A stretch of DNA of 64,000 nt from a virus (taxonomy: Duplodnaviria > Caudoviricetes). Positions 19,395 through 29,066 of this stretch are shown piece by piece. Each line of letters starts with the position of its first letter. The stretch's first letter is position 1. Below the pieces are notes generated by a model. That model did no database searches. It had not been told where the DNA came from and saw only the letters and a list, made by a program, of their open reading frames with translations. The translations under genes were made by a program, and so were the position numbers. Location: positions 568 through 64,567 of the IMG/VR virus record IMGVR_UViG_3300030372_002245. One strand, given 5' to 3'.

Positions 19395-19721
19395 GTGACA
19401 GTATATGTTGTACAAGAGGTTCCAGGACGCAATATCGCTTCTGCTAGACAGTATGGAGAGTTTGAGCTACTGCTTCCCTCTAACGCACAAATAATGCTAA
19501 GTGCTTCCCCGTCAGTTCGTAGAATGAAAAAACTTCTGCGAGGTTATACAGAGGAAGATTACTTACTATTAATTGGTGATCCCGCCGCAATAGGTGTTGC
19601 GTGTTCGATTGCCGCTCAATATAACAACGGTCGATATAACATCCTTAAATGGGATCGTCAGGAGGGTGTTTACTACCCTGTTGAAATTGACCTTTATCAG
19701 AAAGGAGAATTAGATGGGTAA
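19395..19721 (+). CDS. Conserved hypothetical protein of the replication module
   Basis: CAGAAAGGAG RBS; GTG start. Confidence 0.7.
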   Translation: MTVYVVQEVPGRNIASARQYGEFELLLPSNAQIMLSASPSVRRMKKLLRGYTEEDYLLLIGDPAAIGVACSIAAQYNNGRYNILKWDRQEGVYYPVEIDLYQKGELDG

Positions 19722-20289
19722 TAAACCTACATTCGAAGAGTTGGTCGGAGCAGATGACGTTCAGGAATGGACGAACGAAGTTTCCGATGGAGAACTCTCA
19801 AAAGTTTCTGTTTTAGCTAACAAACAACTTTTACTCGCGAACGAAGTCGCAGAGCTAGAAGCAAACTTGAAAGCTAAAAAAGAAGAACTTCGTTTGACTT
19901 CGGAGCAAGAACTACCTGATGCTATGCAAGAGGTAGGACTGACCGAGATAATACTCAGCACAGGAGAAAAAATTTCTGTGAAAGAGTTTTATAACGCTCA
20001 CATTTCGAAAGCAAACCAAGCAGTAGCGTACAAATGGCTAGTAGACAACGGACACGAGTCTCTTATAAAGAACGATGTTCTTTTAAAGTTTGACCGTGGA
20101 GAGGCAGAGAAGGTTGATCAAACCGTTTCAGCTTTGAAAGCCCGTGGACTCGCGCCAGAGGTACGTCAGAGTGTTCACCACAGTTCACTGAAAGCCTTCG
20201 TTAAGGAACAGTTTACTGCGGGGAACGATATTCCAACCGAGCCTTTTGGAATCTATATAGGTTCTAAAGCAATTATTAAAAAGGATTGA
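19714..20289 (+). CDS. Conserved hypothetical replication-module protein
   Basis: Coiled coil, then LPDAM...G.K.S, WL..NGH..LIKN and VHHSSLKAFVKE motifs. Confidence 0.65.
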   Translation: MGNKPTFEELVGADDVQEWTNEVSDGELSKVSVLANKQLLLANEVAELEANLKAKKEELRLTSEQELPDAMQEVGLTEIILSTGEKISVKEFYNAHISKANQAVAYKWLVDNGHESLIKNDVLLKFDRGEAEKVDQTVSALKARGLAPEVRQSVHHSSLKAFVKEQFTAGNDIPTEPFGIYIGSKAIIKKD

Positions 20290-20291
20290 TT

Positions 20292-21077
20292 ATGGCAGAA
20301 AAGAAAGAAGTGGCTGAAAAAGAAGCCACAGCAATAACTACGTTTGACGATAGTTTATTGACAGGAGGCACTGGGTTAGAAGATACTACAACTGAGGATT
20401 TCGCAATCCCTTTTATTAGAGTCTTACAACCTACGTCGCCACAACTACAAAAAGCAGATGGAAAACACATTCCTGGAGCAAGTGCAGGTGATCTGTATAA
20501 CACAGTTACCAACGAGCTTTACGATGGAGAGAAAGGTGTTTCTGTTGTTCCGTGCGCGTATAATAAGAAATACATAGAGTGGATTCCTAGAGAAAAAGGT
20601 GGAGGGTTAGTCAACCCTAATCACGACATCTCTATCCTTTCTAAGTGCACAAGAGATGACGAGAGCAGAAGGTTTTATACCCCTGATGGTAATGAGATCG
20701 TAGAAACTGCTCAGTTCTTCATTCTTCTCACAGATCCTTCACCACAACAAGCAGTAGTTGCGTTTACTTCTACTGGTCTTGGTGTGGCTAGAAAGTGGCT
20801 AACAATGTTGAGAATGGCTAGAGTGCAAAATAGCAAAGGAGAAGCAGTAGAAGCTCCTATGTTCGCTTACACTTACAGCCTCAGCACCGTTACGCAATCT
20901 AACGACAAGGGCACGTGGAACAGTTATTCTATTAACCAAGAAGGAGCTACAGACCTAGCTATTGCTAAAATCGCTAAAGATTTTATGTCAGCGGCTAGAT
21001 CGGGCGACGTTGAGGTTAGAGAAGAACAACAGCGTGATGACGCTTCAACTACGTTTGACACAGATGAAGTGATTTAG
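20292..21077 (+). CDS. Putative single-stranded DNA-binding protein
   Basis: DFAIPFIRVLQPTSPQ motif, beta-rich core, acidic C-terminal tail (TTFDTDEVI). Confidence 0.55.
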   Translation: MAEKKEVAEKEATAITTFDDSLLTGGTGLEDTTTEDFAIPFIRVLQPTSPQLQKADGKHIPGASAGDLYNTVTNELYDGEKGVSVVPCAYNKKYIEWIPREKGGGLVNPNHDISILSKCTRDDESRRFYTPDGNEIVETAQFFILLTDPSPQQAVVAFTSTGLGVARKWLTMLRMARVQNSKGEAVEAPMFAYTYSLSTVTQSNDKGTWNSYSINQEGATDLAIAKIAKDFMSAARSGDVEVREEQQRDDASTTFDTDEVI

Positions 21078-21081
21078 TTTC

Positions 21082-22605
21082 ATGTCGTTAGCGGAAAAAT
21101 TTTCTAAGCGATATGCTGGACTACGGAAAGCATACGGAACGTTTACAGCTAACAATGAAACTAGAGAAGATGGCAAGGCAAGTGGTAAAAACATAACGAT
21201 ATCTAAAGAACTTTCTGATAAAGATCTTTTGAAGTTATGGGAAGACCACTTGTCGGGTCAGCAGAGTGTAGGAATTGTTGCAATAGACGAAGACAACAAG
21301 TGTGTCTGGGGCGCTATAGACGTAGATGAGTATCATTTAGATTTAAAAGATTTAGCGATAAAGATCGCAAAACAGAAACTTCCTCTTGTTATTTGTAGGA
21401 GCAAAAGCGGAGGAGCACATATTTATATATTTTTAAAAGAACCTGTTGCAGCATCAATGCTACAAAGAAAGTTAAGACAACTTGCAGCAGCAATCGGGTA
21501 TGGACAGGCGGAGATATTTCCTAAACAAACTCAGCTGTTATTAGAACGAGGAGATCGAGGAAGCACTCTTAATATGCCTTATTTTGGCGGAGAAAATTCT
21601 ACTCGATACGCTTACGGGACAGATGGAAAGGCATTAACACCTGATGATTTTTTAGAGCATTGCGAGTCGATTGCCCTAGAGCCTAAAGCGCTAGAGTCAT
21701 TAGAGGCTAGTCCTTTAACAGAATCTGTACAGTGGCTAGATCAATCGCCGCCTTGTTTACAGCATTTAGTTGTGCAAGGTTTTCCTGAGGGCACTAGAAA
21801 CTCTGGATTATTTAATCTAGGTGTTTTTCTCAGGAAAAAGTTCCCAGACGATTGGGAAAAAAGGCTAGAGAACATGAATATAAAATACATGCAACCGCCT
21901 TTAGGTGCTCAAGAAGTGCTAACCGTTGGTAAACAAGTGCAGAGAAAAGACTATTTCTATAAATGTAATGATCAGCCGATCGCTAGTCATTGCAATAGTC
22001 CTCTATGTCGAACTCGTAAGTTTGGTATAGGAGCAAACGGGGGCACACCTTTGTTTAGTAATTTAACTAAACAGGACAGTGATCCTCCGATTTGGTTTTT
22101 AGATGTAGAGGGTGGTCGACTAGAGTTAGAGACCGACGACCTACTAAACCAAAACAGGTTTCAGCGTAAGTGTATGGACGCTCTAAATAAAATACCACCA
22201 AAGGTTAAAGAAAATGTTTGGCGACAAATTATTCAACAGTTACTTGATGCGCTTACGATTGTAGAGGTTCCTAAAGAAAGTTCTACAGAAGGACATTTTA
22301 TGGAACTGCTCGAGTCGTTCTGCACGGAGAGACCTGCTAGAGAGCGAGACGAGTTATTATTACATAAACCTTGGACAGATAACGGCAAGACTTATTTCAG
22401 ACTCGGTGATCTTATGGAGTATTTACATCGACATAATTTTAAAGAGTATCAAAGAAATAAACTAACGTCCAAGTTAAAACAACTACATGGAGAGCCACAC
22501 TTTTTCAATATAAAAGGTAAGGGTGTGAACGTTTGGTTTATAGAAGAATTTAAAGTTCAAGAAGAACCCCACGATCTCCCAGAATTTAAGGATAATTTAT
22601 TATGA
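21082..22605 (+). CDS. Archaeo-eukaryotic primase (prim-pol) with PriCT-like domain
   Basis: WGAIDVD (DxD), RSKSGGAHIY (motif II His), GTRNSGLFNLG, Cys cluster. Confidence 0.8.
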   Translation: MSLAEKFSKRYAGLRKAYGTFTANNETREDGKASGKNITISKELSDKDLLKLWEDHLSGQQSVGIVAIDEDNKCVWGAIDVDEYHLDLKDLAIKIAKQKLPLVICRSKSGGAHIYIFLKEPVAASMLQRKLRQLAAAIGYGQAEIFPKQTQLLLERGDRGSTLNMPYFGGENSTRYAYGTDGKALTPDDFLEHCESIALEPKALESLEASPLTESVQWLDQSPPCLQHLVVQGFPEGTRNSGLFNLGVFLRKKFPDDWEKRLENMNIKYMQPPLGAQEVLTVGKQVQRKDYFYKCNDQPIASHCNSPLCRTRKFGIGANGGTPLFSNLTKQDSDPPIWFLDVEGGRLELETDDLLNQNRFQRKCMDALNKIPPKVKENVWRQIIQQLLDALTIVEVPKESSTEGHFMELLESFCTERPARERDELLLHKPWTDNGKTYFRLGDLMEYLHRHNFKEYQRNKLTSKLKQLHGEPHFFNIKGKGVNVWFIEEFKVQEEPHDLPEFKDNLL

Positions 22606-23198
22606 GAGAGCTGTGGATTTTTAAGAACGTCTTCCCAGACCAAGCTCCCATTATTCATCAATGGGACGAACCTGAAGAAAGAGAGTTTGACGGAAAGAAA
22701 GTTATGGGTCGACCAACTAGAGGATTTGGTAATGCAACGTTTAAGTATGCAGGCAAAACCTATGAGCCTACTCCCTGGGAGCAGGCACCAGATGTATTAG
22801 ACCTAAAAGTTAAGTCTGAAAAACTTTTAAAAGAGAAGATGGGTAAAGAAATCGAATTTAGTTTTTGTTTATGTGGTTTATATTCTGACGGCGAAACAGC
22901 TATACCTCATCATTCCGACACCGTTCCAACTTTAGAAGACGTTGTAGTGGGTGTTTCTTTCGGCGCTCCTCGAATTTTAGAGTGGACAAAATACGAGTAT
23001 CAGATTAAAAAACACCCCAACACCAGTGAAGTAGATTTACTTTATGATGATAATTTTTTAAGAACGACACCGCATTTATTAGAAGATGGCGATGTATATG
23101 TATTTGATGGTTATTCTCAGATGTATAGCACCCATGCAATCCCCACAATGAAAAAGGTTGGTGCAAGAGTAAATTTCACATTTAGGAGTGGTGTATGA
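22602..23198 (+). CDS. AlkB-like 2OG-Fe(II) dioxygenase
   Basis: HSD (HxD), VSFGAPR, distal HAIP, terminal RVNFTFR. Confidence 0.85.
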   Translation: MRELWIFKNVFPDQAPIIHQWDEPEEREFDGKKVMGRPTRGFGNATFKYAGKTYEPTPWEQAPDVLDLKVKSEKLLKEKMGKEIEFSFCLCGLYSDGETAIPHHSDTVPTLEDVVVGVSFGAPRILEWTKYEYQIKKHPNTSEVDLLYDDNFLRTTPHLLEDGDVYVFDGYSQMYSTHAIPTMKKVGARVNFTFRSGV

Positions 23199-23368
23199 AC
23201 TGTTGGCATTGTAATAACGAACTAATTTGGGGCGGAGATCACGACATCGATGAAGAGGATGAGGAGTACAGAATGGTTACAAATTTATCTTGTCCTAAAT
23301 GTGCCTGTTTTGTATTAGTTTACTTACCTAAAGAAGATGAAATAAGAAGGGAAGGCATAAAAGAGTGA
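23195..23368 (+). CDS. 57-aa Zn-ribbon protein (not in ORF track)
   Basis: MNCWHC...WGGDHD...LSCPKC; 4-nt overlaps at both ends. Confidence 0.75.
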   Translation: MNCWHCNNELIWGGDHDIDEEDEEYRMVTNLSCPKCACFVLVYLPKEDEIRREGIKE

Positions 23369-24861
23369 CGCTACCCTCCCACACACAAGTTATTCTTGGA
23401 CCTCCAGGAACAGGCAAGACAAGTACGTTGTTGGGTTTGATCGAGGACGAACTTGAAAAAGGCACTTCTCCTGATCGTATAGGATTTTTTACGTTTACTA
23501 AAAAAGCGGTAAACGAGGGTAAGGAGAGAGCGATGGATAAGTTTAATATCGCAAATAAAGATTTACCGTTCTTTAGAACTCTACACTCCCTAGCGTTTAG
23601 ACAACTAGGTCTAACGAGGGAAAGCGTTATCAGTCGTTCCGATATAAGTGATTTAAACGAGAAACTAAACTTACGATTAACAGGTAGAACAACATCAGAT
23701 GATGGACATATATTTGCCATGACCCACGATGATCGTTTAGCGTTTATCGAAAACCTTGCTAGAATGCGAGACGTACCACTAGAAGAACAGTGGCACGAGG
23801 TTGATGATGCTGTTGGGTGGTTTGAACTTGAGCGTTTCGCTAGAGGATTAAAACTTTTTAAAGAGGACAGACTGTTAGTTGATTACACAGATATGTTATT
23901 AAATTTTGTAGAAAGCGGAACGATACCCAGACTAGATGTTATGTTTGTAGACGAAGCACAAGACTTGTCTCCTCTACAATGGAGAGTAGTTCGTAGGCTC
24001 GCAGAAAAAGCTGAAAGAATTTACGTTGCTGGTGATGATGACCAAGCAATATATAAATGGGCGGGAGCAGATGTTGACTATCTGATCCAAAACTCTAAAA
24101 ATGCACTTGTTTTAAAACAGTCGTATCGTGTTCCCGCCGCAGTACATAAAGTTGCCAGTCAGTGTATTGGTCAGGTTAGGTCTAGAGTGTTTAAAGAGTG
24201 GAATCCTAGAAAAGAACAAGGTGTTGTACAGTGGGAGCCAACTATAGAATCATTAGATATGGGAAAAGGTGAGTGGCTCGTGCTGGCTAGAACAAATTAT
24301 CTACTAGAGGAGATAGACGAGTATTGCAGAAACGAAGGGTGGTTTTTCGAGGTAAAAGGTAGGGCAAGTATTCCAGAAAAGAAAGTAAGAGCCGTTATAA
24401 ACTGGGAAAAACTACAAAAAGGACAATCAGTGTCGCTTGTAGAGTGCGCCAATATTTTAAAATATATCAAGGTAAAAGAAGCAAAGAAAATAGATTTATT
24501 AGAGACTGGACTAACTCTACAGTACCAAGACTTAAAAAGTCATTTCCCAGATTTGCCAGACGGACATTGGTATGACGTTTTTACTCTACTAAGCCCCAAA
24601 GAAATATCATACATTCGAGCGATGCTTCGTAGAGGAGAAAAGATAACAAAAGAGCCTAGAATAAAATTATCAACGATACATGCGGCGAAAGGAGGAGAGG
24701 CAACTAATGTTGTATTGCTCACAGATATTACCAACCGTGTGTATAAAAATTACCAACAGAACCCTGATGATGAGAACAGGGTGTTTTATGTTGGTGTAAC
24801 GAGAACTAAGGAAAACTTATATTTAATAGAACCAAAAACCACTCGCTGCTATCAGCTATAA
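23365..24861 (+). CDS. UvrD/Rep-like SF1 helicase
   Basis: GPPGTGKT, DEAQD, GDDDQAIY, STIHAAKGGEA, FYVGVTR. Confidence 0.92.
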   Translation: MTLPSHTQVILGPPGTGKTSTLLGLIEDELEKGTSPDRIGFFTFTKKAVNEGKERAMDKFNIANKDLPFFRTLHSLAFRQLGLTRESVISRSDISDLNEKLNLRLTGRTTSDDGHIFAMTHDDRLAFIENLARMRDVPLEEQWHEVDDAVGWFELERFARGLKLFKEDRLLVDYTDMLLNFVESGTIPRLDVMFVDEAQDLSPLQWRVVRRLAEKAERIYVAGDDDQAIYKWAGADVDYLIQNSKNALVLKQSYRVPAAVHKVASQCIGQVRSRVFKEWNPRKEQGVVQWEPTIESLDMGKGEWLVLARTNYLLEEIDEYCRNEGWFFEVKGRASIPEKKVRAVINWEKLQKGQSVSLVECANILKYIKVKEAKKIDLLETGLTLQYQDLKSHFPDLPDGHWYDVFTLLSPKEISYIRAMLRRGEKITKEPRIKLSTIHAAKGGEATNVVLLTDITNRVYKNYQQNPDDENRVFYVGVTRTKENLYLIEPKTTRCYQL

Positions 24862-24863
24862 AG

Positions 24864-24895
24864 TGCTTTACTTTGTACCCCGTTGTAAATAATAA
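24864..24895 (+). promoter_or_regulatory. Promoter of the modification/PolA operon
   Basis: TGC-TTTACT-17-TAATAA, followed by TAGAAAGGAG RBS. Confidence 0.6.
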
Positions 24896-24928
24896 TATAC
24901 GGGTAACTTGTTTTAGAAAGGAGAAATT

Positions 24929-25420
24929 ATGAACATTTTTTATTTAAGTAAGAGTCCTGACATAGCTGCACAACTACAACCAGATAAGATGTTAGTAAAA
25001 ATGATATTAGAAAGCGCACAGATGTTATGCACAGCGCACCGCGTATTAGATGGCGACGAGTATGCTGACGAGGTCGGTTTATATAAGATCGCATATAAAA
25101 ACCATCCGTGCACAATTTGGACTAGAGAGTGTAGTGGTAACTACTGGTGGCTTTACAAACACTTTTTGGCTCTCGGCAGAGAATACGAGTATCGTTATAA
25201 GAGAACACATCTTAGTATAGGAAAACTTGCAGACGCTCTATACACAATGCCAGAAAACATTACTAGGGGTCTAATGACTCCTGTCGCACAGGCAATGCCT
25301 GATGAATATAAACACGAAAACCCGATAACTGCTTATCGTAATTATGTAGTAAACGAAAAACATTACGCTAAGTGGAGCAACGGCAGAACTAAACCATCAT
25401 GGTGGGAGGCTTCACAATGA
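24929..25420 (+). CDS. Pyrimidine-dimer DNA glycosylase/endonuclease V-like family protein
   Basis: MNIFYL...DKMLVKMILESAQMLCTAH, HPCTIW, QAMPDEYK motifs. Confidence 0.65.
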   Translation: MNIFYLSKSPDIAAQLQPDKMLVKMILESAQMLCTAHRVLDGDEYADEVGLYKIAYKNHPCTIWTRECSGNYWWLYKHFLALGREYEYRYKRTHLSIGKLADALYTMPENITRGLMTPVAQAMPDEYKHENPITAYRNYVVNEKHYAKWSNGRTKPSWWEASQ

Positions 25421-26256
25421 GTTCTATAAGAAGAAAATTAACAGTTAATGAAAACGACAGTAAAAATACACGAATGGATATTGCCAGTGCTGGAGTGTTA
25501 GCCAACTGGCGACCCGATGAACTAGCTCATATGAGCCGTTTTGATAAGATAGCTACTCTTTGTATAGAAGAAGCAAAACGATTAGAGCGACCAATCGATG
25601 GTTTTGAGGTGGGTTGTGGTGAGTGCTGGACACTTCGTAATCTATATAAAGCCTATGTGATAAAGAAATCCGACGTTATACGCTCTTATTATGGCTACGA
25701 TATAGACCCTGCGTGCGAACTAGAAAACCCTTTCTGGTCTAATGCGGGTGGTTTATTAAAGGATTCTACATGGTTTAAGAACTTTAACGGAGAGATACGG
25801 ATCCAAGACCTTACAGTAAACCCTGTGTTCGACCTAGAGGATGAGAGCATAGATTTTTTCTGGTCAACAGAAGTAATAGAACACATGGGTAGAGAGTTTG
25901 TGCCTGCGTGGTTAGATGATGTCGCTAGAGTCATGCGAAAGGGTGCTCTAGGATATGTCTCCACACCTAACCACGACGGGTCTAATGATAAGTTACCAGA
26001 AGACCATGTATATGAGTGGGGCTTTCAGGAGTTAAAAGAAGAATTAGAAAGAAACTTCGTTATTGAGTCGGTAGTTGGTACGTTTATACAAATACCAAAA
26101 CTTCGTAAAGCGCTGAGAGAGGATCCTAACGGGTGGACTCCTGAACAGTATAAGATGATGGAGCAACGCTACGGTAGACAATTTTTAAGAATGACTTCTG
26201 CTGTATTTTATCCAGAAGTCGCTAATAATTGTGCTTGGGTTTTAAGGAAAAAATGA
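25417..26256 (+). CDS. Class I SAM-dependent methyltransferase (small-molecule type)
   Basis: FEVGCG (motif I), GYDID, TEVIEH, STPN; no DPPY/NPPY/PC DNA-methyltransferase motif. Confidence 0.85.
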   Translation: MSSIRRKLTVNENDSKNTRMDIASAGVLANWRPDELAHMSRFDKIATLCIEEAKRLERPIDGFEVGCGECWTLRNLYKAYVIKKSDVIRSYYGYDIDPACELENPFWSNAGGLLKDSTWFKNFNGEIRIQDLTVNPVFDLEDESIDFFWSTEVIEHMGREFVPAWLDDVARVMRKGALGYVSTPNHDGSNDKLPEDHVYEWGFQELKEELERNFVIESVVGTFIQIPKLRKALREDPNGWTPEQYKMMEQRYGRQFLRMTSAVFYPEVANNCAWVLRKK

Positions 26257-27158
26257 CCGAGTTTATAGAAGAAGAATTAGATCGCTACTGCTACTGGCAG
26301 ATAGAGCGAGAGATAATTCGTTGGAAGAAGGAGGAATTAAAAATGCCTGCTCCTTGGACGAAGGATCCTATACTTCAAGAGTTTAAATTCTGCCAAGTCT
26401 TTCGTGAAGATGATCGAACGACACGATGGTTTAAGGCTCATATAAGAGAGCCGATGAGAAATGATCCTAAAGTTTTAATGGCTACGGTTATTTTTAGATG
26501 GTTTAATCTAATAGAAACGGGCAGAACGTTAAAAGAACACGATTTACTTTTAAACTGGGATAGGAAAAAAGCCATAGAAGAAATTACTAAACAGCCCAAG
26601 TGGGTTACAGGAGCATATATTGTTAAAACTCCTAACGGTATGGACAAAGTTACAGGAGTAGCAGAGTGTGTTAGTCATATGTGGAAGGATCGTAATTATT
26701 TAATGGGTGTTTTATTAGAAGATGCTGCTAAAGAAGAAGCCTCGCTAGAAAAGACTTGGCATTTGCTAAGAGATTACCCGTATATGGGACCGTTTATGGC
26801 TTACGAAGTTGTTACAGACCTAAGACACACCTGTTTGTTAGAAAGCGCTACAGATATTATGACATGGGCTAATGCTGGACCAGGAGCGATGAGAGGACTC
26901 AATCGTTTAACAGGTAGAGAGTTAGATTTCGCAAGAAGAAGTCATGATTGGAATAAAGAAATGTGTGATCTTTATGAAGCCGCCGCAACTAGGATAGACT
27001 ACGGCATGTCATCAATAAGAGGACCACACGAGTATGAAATGAGAGAAATAGAGGGAGGGCTTTGTGAGTTCGATAAGTATTCTAGGATATTTAAAAAAGA
27101 AGGACGAACAAGGTCTATTTATAAACACAATGATCTTCCATTAGTAGAAGATTTATGA
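26253..27158 (+). CDS. 5-hmdU DNA kinase helical-domain family (formerly aGPT-Pplase1)
   Basis: WTKDPILQEFKFCQVFREDD, FRWFN, HhH-like GPFMAYEVVTDL, GPGAMRGLNRL, CEFDKY; adjacent to a TS-family gene. Confidence 0.75.
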   Translation: MTEFIEEELDRYCYWQIEREIIRWKKEELKMPAPWTKDPILQEFKFCQVFREDDRTTRWFKAHIREPMRNDPKVLMATVIFRWFNLIETGRTLKEHDLLLNWDRKKAIEEITKQPKWVTGAYIVKTPNGMDKVTGVAECVSHMWKDRNYLMGVLLEDAAKEEASLEKTWHLLRDYPYMGPFMAYEVVTDLRHTCLLESATDIMTWANAGPGAMRGLNRLTGRELDFARRSHDWNKEMCDLYEAAATRIDYGMSSIRGPHEYEMREIEGGLCEFDKYSRIFKKEGRTRSIYKHNDLPLVEDL

Positions 27159-27171
27159 AAGGAGAAAGAAC

Positions 27172-27414
27172 ATGGGTAAAATGAGTGATTATGCAATAGA
27201 ACAATTACAAAAAGAAGTCGGTCTTTTAGAGGATTACGGAGACACGGTTGACATGTATTACACACAATTTATAGAGGTTGCATTTTTTCTTAAAGTTGCT
27301 GCATCAGAAAAGATGGCAGTAGCTTTTATCAAAAGGAAACTGCCCCAACTGCATAAAGAAGATATTCTTTTTATAATAGACGAACTTACAAAAGCCTATC
27401 GAGAGGAGTTATGA
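27172..27414 (+). CDS. Hypothetical protein
   Basis: GAAAGGAG RBS; 80 aa. Confidence 0.65.
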   Translation: MGKMSDYAIEQLQKEVGLLEDYGDTVDMYYTQFIEVAFFLKVAASEKMAVAFIKRKLPQLHKEDILFIIDELTKAYREEL

Positions 27415-28439
27415 AAGTTATACAGGCTAGAAACGTAAACGATGCGTTACTACACGGTATTGATTTATTTAATCAAACGTCACATTATGACGTACAAGAA
27501 AGCCGTAACGGCACAACTTACGAGGCAAATGAACCTGTAACAACGTTTTATGTTCGTCCTTGGGAGCGTGTTTGTCTAATCGAGGAGCGAGACGCTAATC
27601 CGTTTTTTCATTTTATAGAAAGTTTATGGATGCTTTCAGGAAGTAATGAGCTTGAGCCAATAACTTATTATGTAAAATCTATGTCTGATTTTTCAGACGA
27701 TGGTAAAACTTTGTGGGGCGCATATGGTTGGCGGTGGTCTAAATATTTTAATAAAGATCAGTTAGCAATCATCATACAGTTGTTAAAAACTAACCCTGAT
27801 GACCGTAGAGCTGTTTTACAAATGTGGGATCCCATCGGAGATCTTGCCAAGGAGGGTAAGGATGTTCCTTGCAACACGAACATTTATTTCAAGGTTAGAA
27901 AAGGCAGATTAAACATGACGGTCTGTTGTCGTTCTAACGATATGTTATGGGGAGCATACGGAGCAAACGTAGTTCATATGTCGATTTTACAAGAATATGT
28001 GGCAACAATGATTGGAGTTGAGATTGGAGCCTATCGTCAAGTTAGCGATAGCTTTCATGTGTATACAGAAACAGAAGTTTGGCAAAAAGTTAAGCATCTA
28101 AAAATCGATCCGTACAACTACCACTCTTATAGAAACCCTTATGAAGGTTTTGCAGAGGAGTACACACCTACAAAACTTATAACAGACACAACATCATTTC
28201 ACTGGGAACTCGATAGGTTCTTTAGTATTCACCCTAGCGATATGGACATGAACGGTTGGGAAAATCCTGCGTTTAAAGATATCGCTGTACCAATGGCAAT
28301 AGCTTATGCACAACATAAAGAAAAAAATTATTCAGTTTATAAAACAATTCAAGATATCAGACCCGTTGATTGGAAGACAGCATGTTTTAATTGGGTCAAT
28401 AAAAGAGACCACACATACGAAGGAGAAAAAGATGAGTAA
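27411..28439 (+). CDS. Thymidylate synthase-family enzyme, probably dUMP hydroxymethylase
   Basis: Catalytic PC (DVPCN), RSNDMLWGAYGAN with Asn at the dUMP-specificity position, DSFHVY; neighbourhood. Confidence 0.8.
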   Translation: MKVIQARNVNDALLHGIDLFNQTSHYDVQESRNGTTYEANEPVTTFYVRPWERVCLIEERDANPFFHFIESLWMLSGSNELEPITYYVKSMSDFSDDGKTLWGAYGWRWSKYFNKDQLAIIIQLLKTNPDDRRAVLQMWDPIGDLAKEGKDVPCNTNIYFKVRKGRLNMTVCCRSNDMLWGAYGANVVHMSILQEYVATMIGVEIGAYRQVSDSFHVYTETEVWQKVKHLKIDPYNYHSYRNPYEGFAEEYTPTKLITDTTSFHWELDRFFSIHPSDMDMNGWENPAFKDIAVPMAIAYAQHKEKNYSVYKTIQDIRPVDWKTACFNWVNKRDHTYEGEKDE

Positions 28440-28746
28440 GTGGGAAGATATGAGACAGATTGCTCAAGGCGATTTAGAAGCACTTAAAATCGCAGAGGAG
28501 TCTTATGGAGATTCTTGGAAACGTCGTGGAGGTGTAGGTGCTTTCATGATGTTAGCTAGAAAGTTCGACAGAATAGAAAACCAAACTAAAGATCAAGAGT
28601 GGGACATCTTTAAAGCGGGTATCGAATACTCGGGAGAAGATGGTCTTTTAGACGACATTCGAGACTTACGAAGGTATCTACTTTTAGTCGAGCAACAAAT
28701 ATTAAATAAAATAAACCCACCTACAGATGACGAGGAGGACTTATGA
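28432..28746 (+). CDS. Nucleotide-modification-associated helical protein (Nmad1/DUF1599-like, MazG-like fold)
   Basis: SYGDSWKRRG...RKFDRI...LLDDIRDLRRY pattern; follows the TS-like gene. Confidence 0.55.
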   Translation: MSKWEDMRQIAQGDLEALKIAEESYGDSWKRRGGVGAFMMLARKFDRIENQTKDQEWDIFKAGIEYSGEDGLLDDIRDLRRYLLLVEQQILNKINPPTDDEEDL

Positions 28747-29066
28747 AAAGTTATTGGTCACAATTAATACAAGCGATATCAGAAGCAATCTACCCTGAGA
28801 GGAGAGAAGCTCGATTAGCTGAAGAAAGAAAAGAACTAAAAAAGCAACACGCTAAAGAAGCAGAGGTAAAGTTGAAAAAATTTACTCCAGAGGAAGAACC
28901 TGCTGGAGAGGTTTCACTGCCTGCGGATGAGCCTAAAAGAGCCAGAACAGCTAAAGGACGATATAAAGGAGACGATGACTCTACCCCTAACATCAATGAA
29001 GCATGGGTTGGTGGCAAGGCTCCTAAGAAAAAAGCTAAGAAGTCTAAGAAAAAGAAGAAAAAATAG
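28743..29066 (+). CDS. Hypothetical protein with Lys-rich tail
   Basis: RARTAKGRYKGDDDSTPNINEAW motif; poly-K C-terminus. Confidence 0.7.
   Translation: MKSYWSQLIQAISEAIYPERREARLAEERKELKKQHAKEAEVKLKKFTPEEEPAGEVSLPADEPKRARTAKGRYKGDDDSTPNINEAWVGGKAPKKKAKKSKKKKKK

Noticed and set aside
25417-26256. Restriction-evading DNA methyltransferase
   Set aside because: No DPPY/NPPY or PC catalytic motif; the EVIEH/STPN pattern fits small-molecule methyltransferases.
27411-28439. dCMP hydroxymethylase (T4-like hmC pathway)
   Set aside because: The specificity residue is Asn (GAYGAN), not Asp, and the neighbour is an hmU-kinase-type gene.
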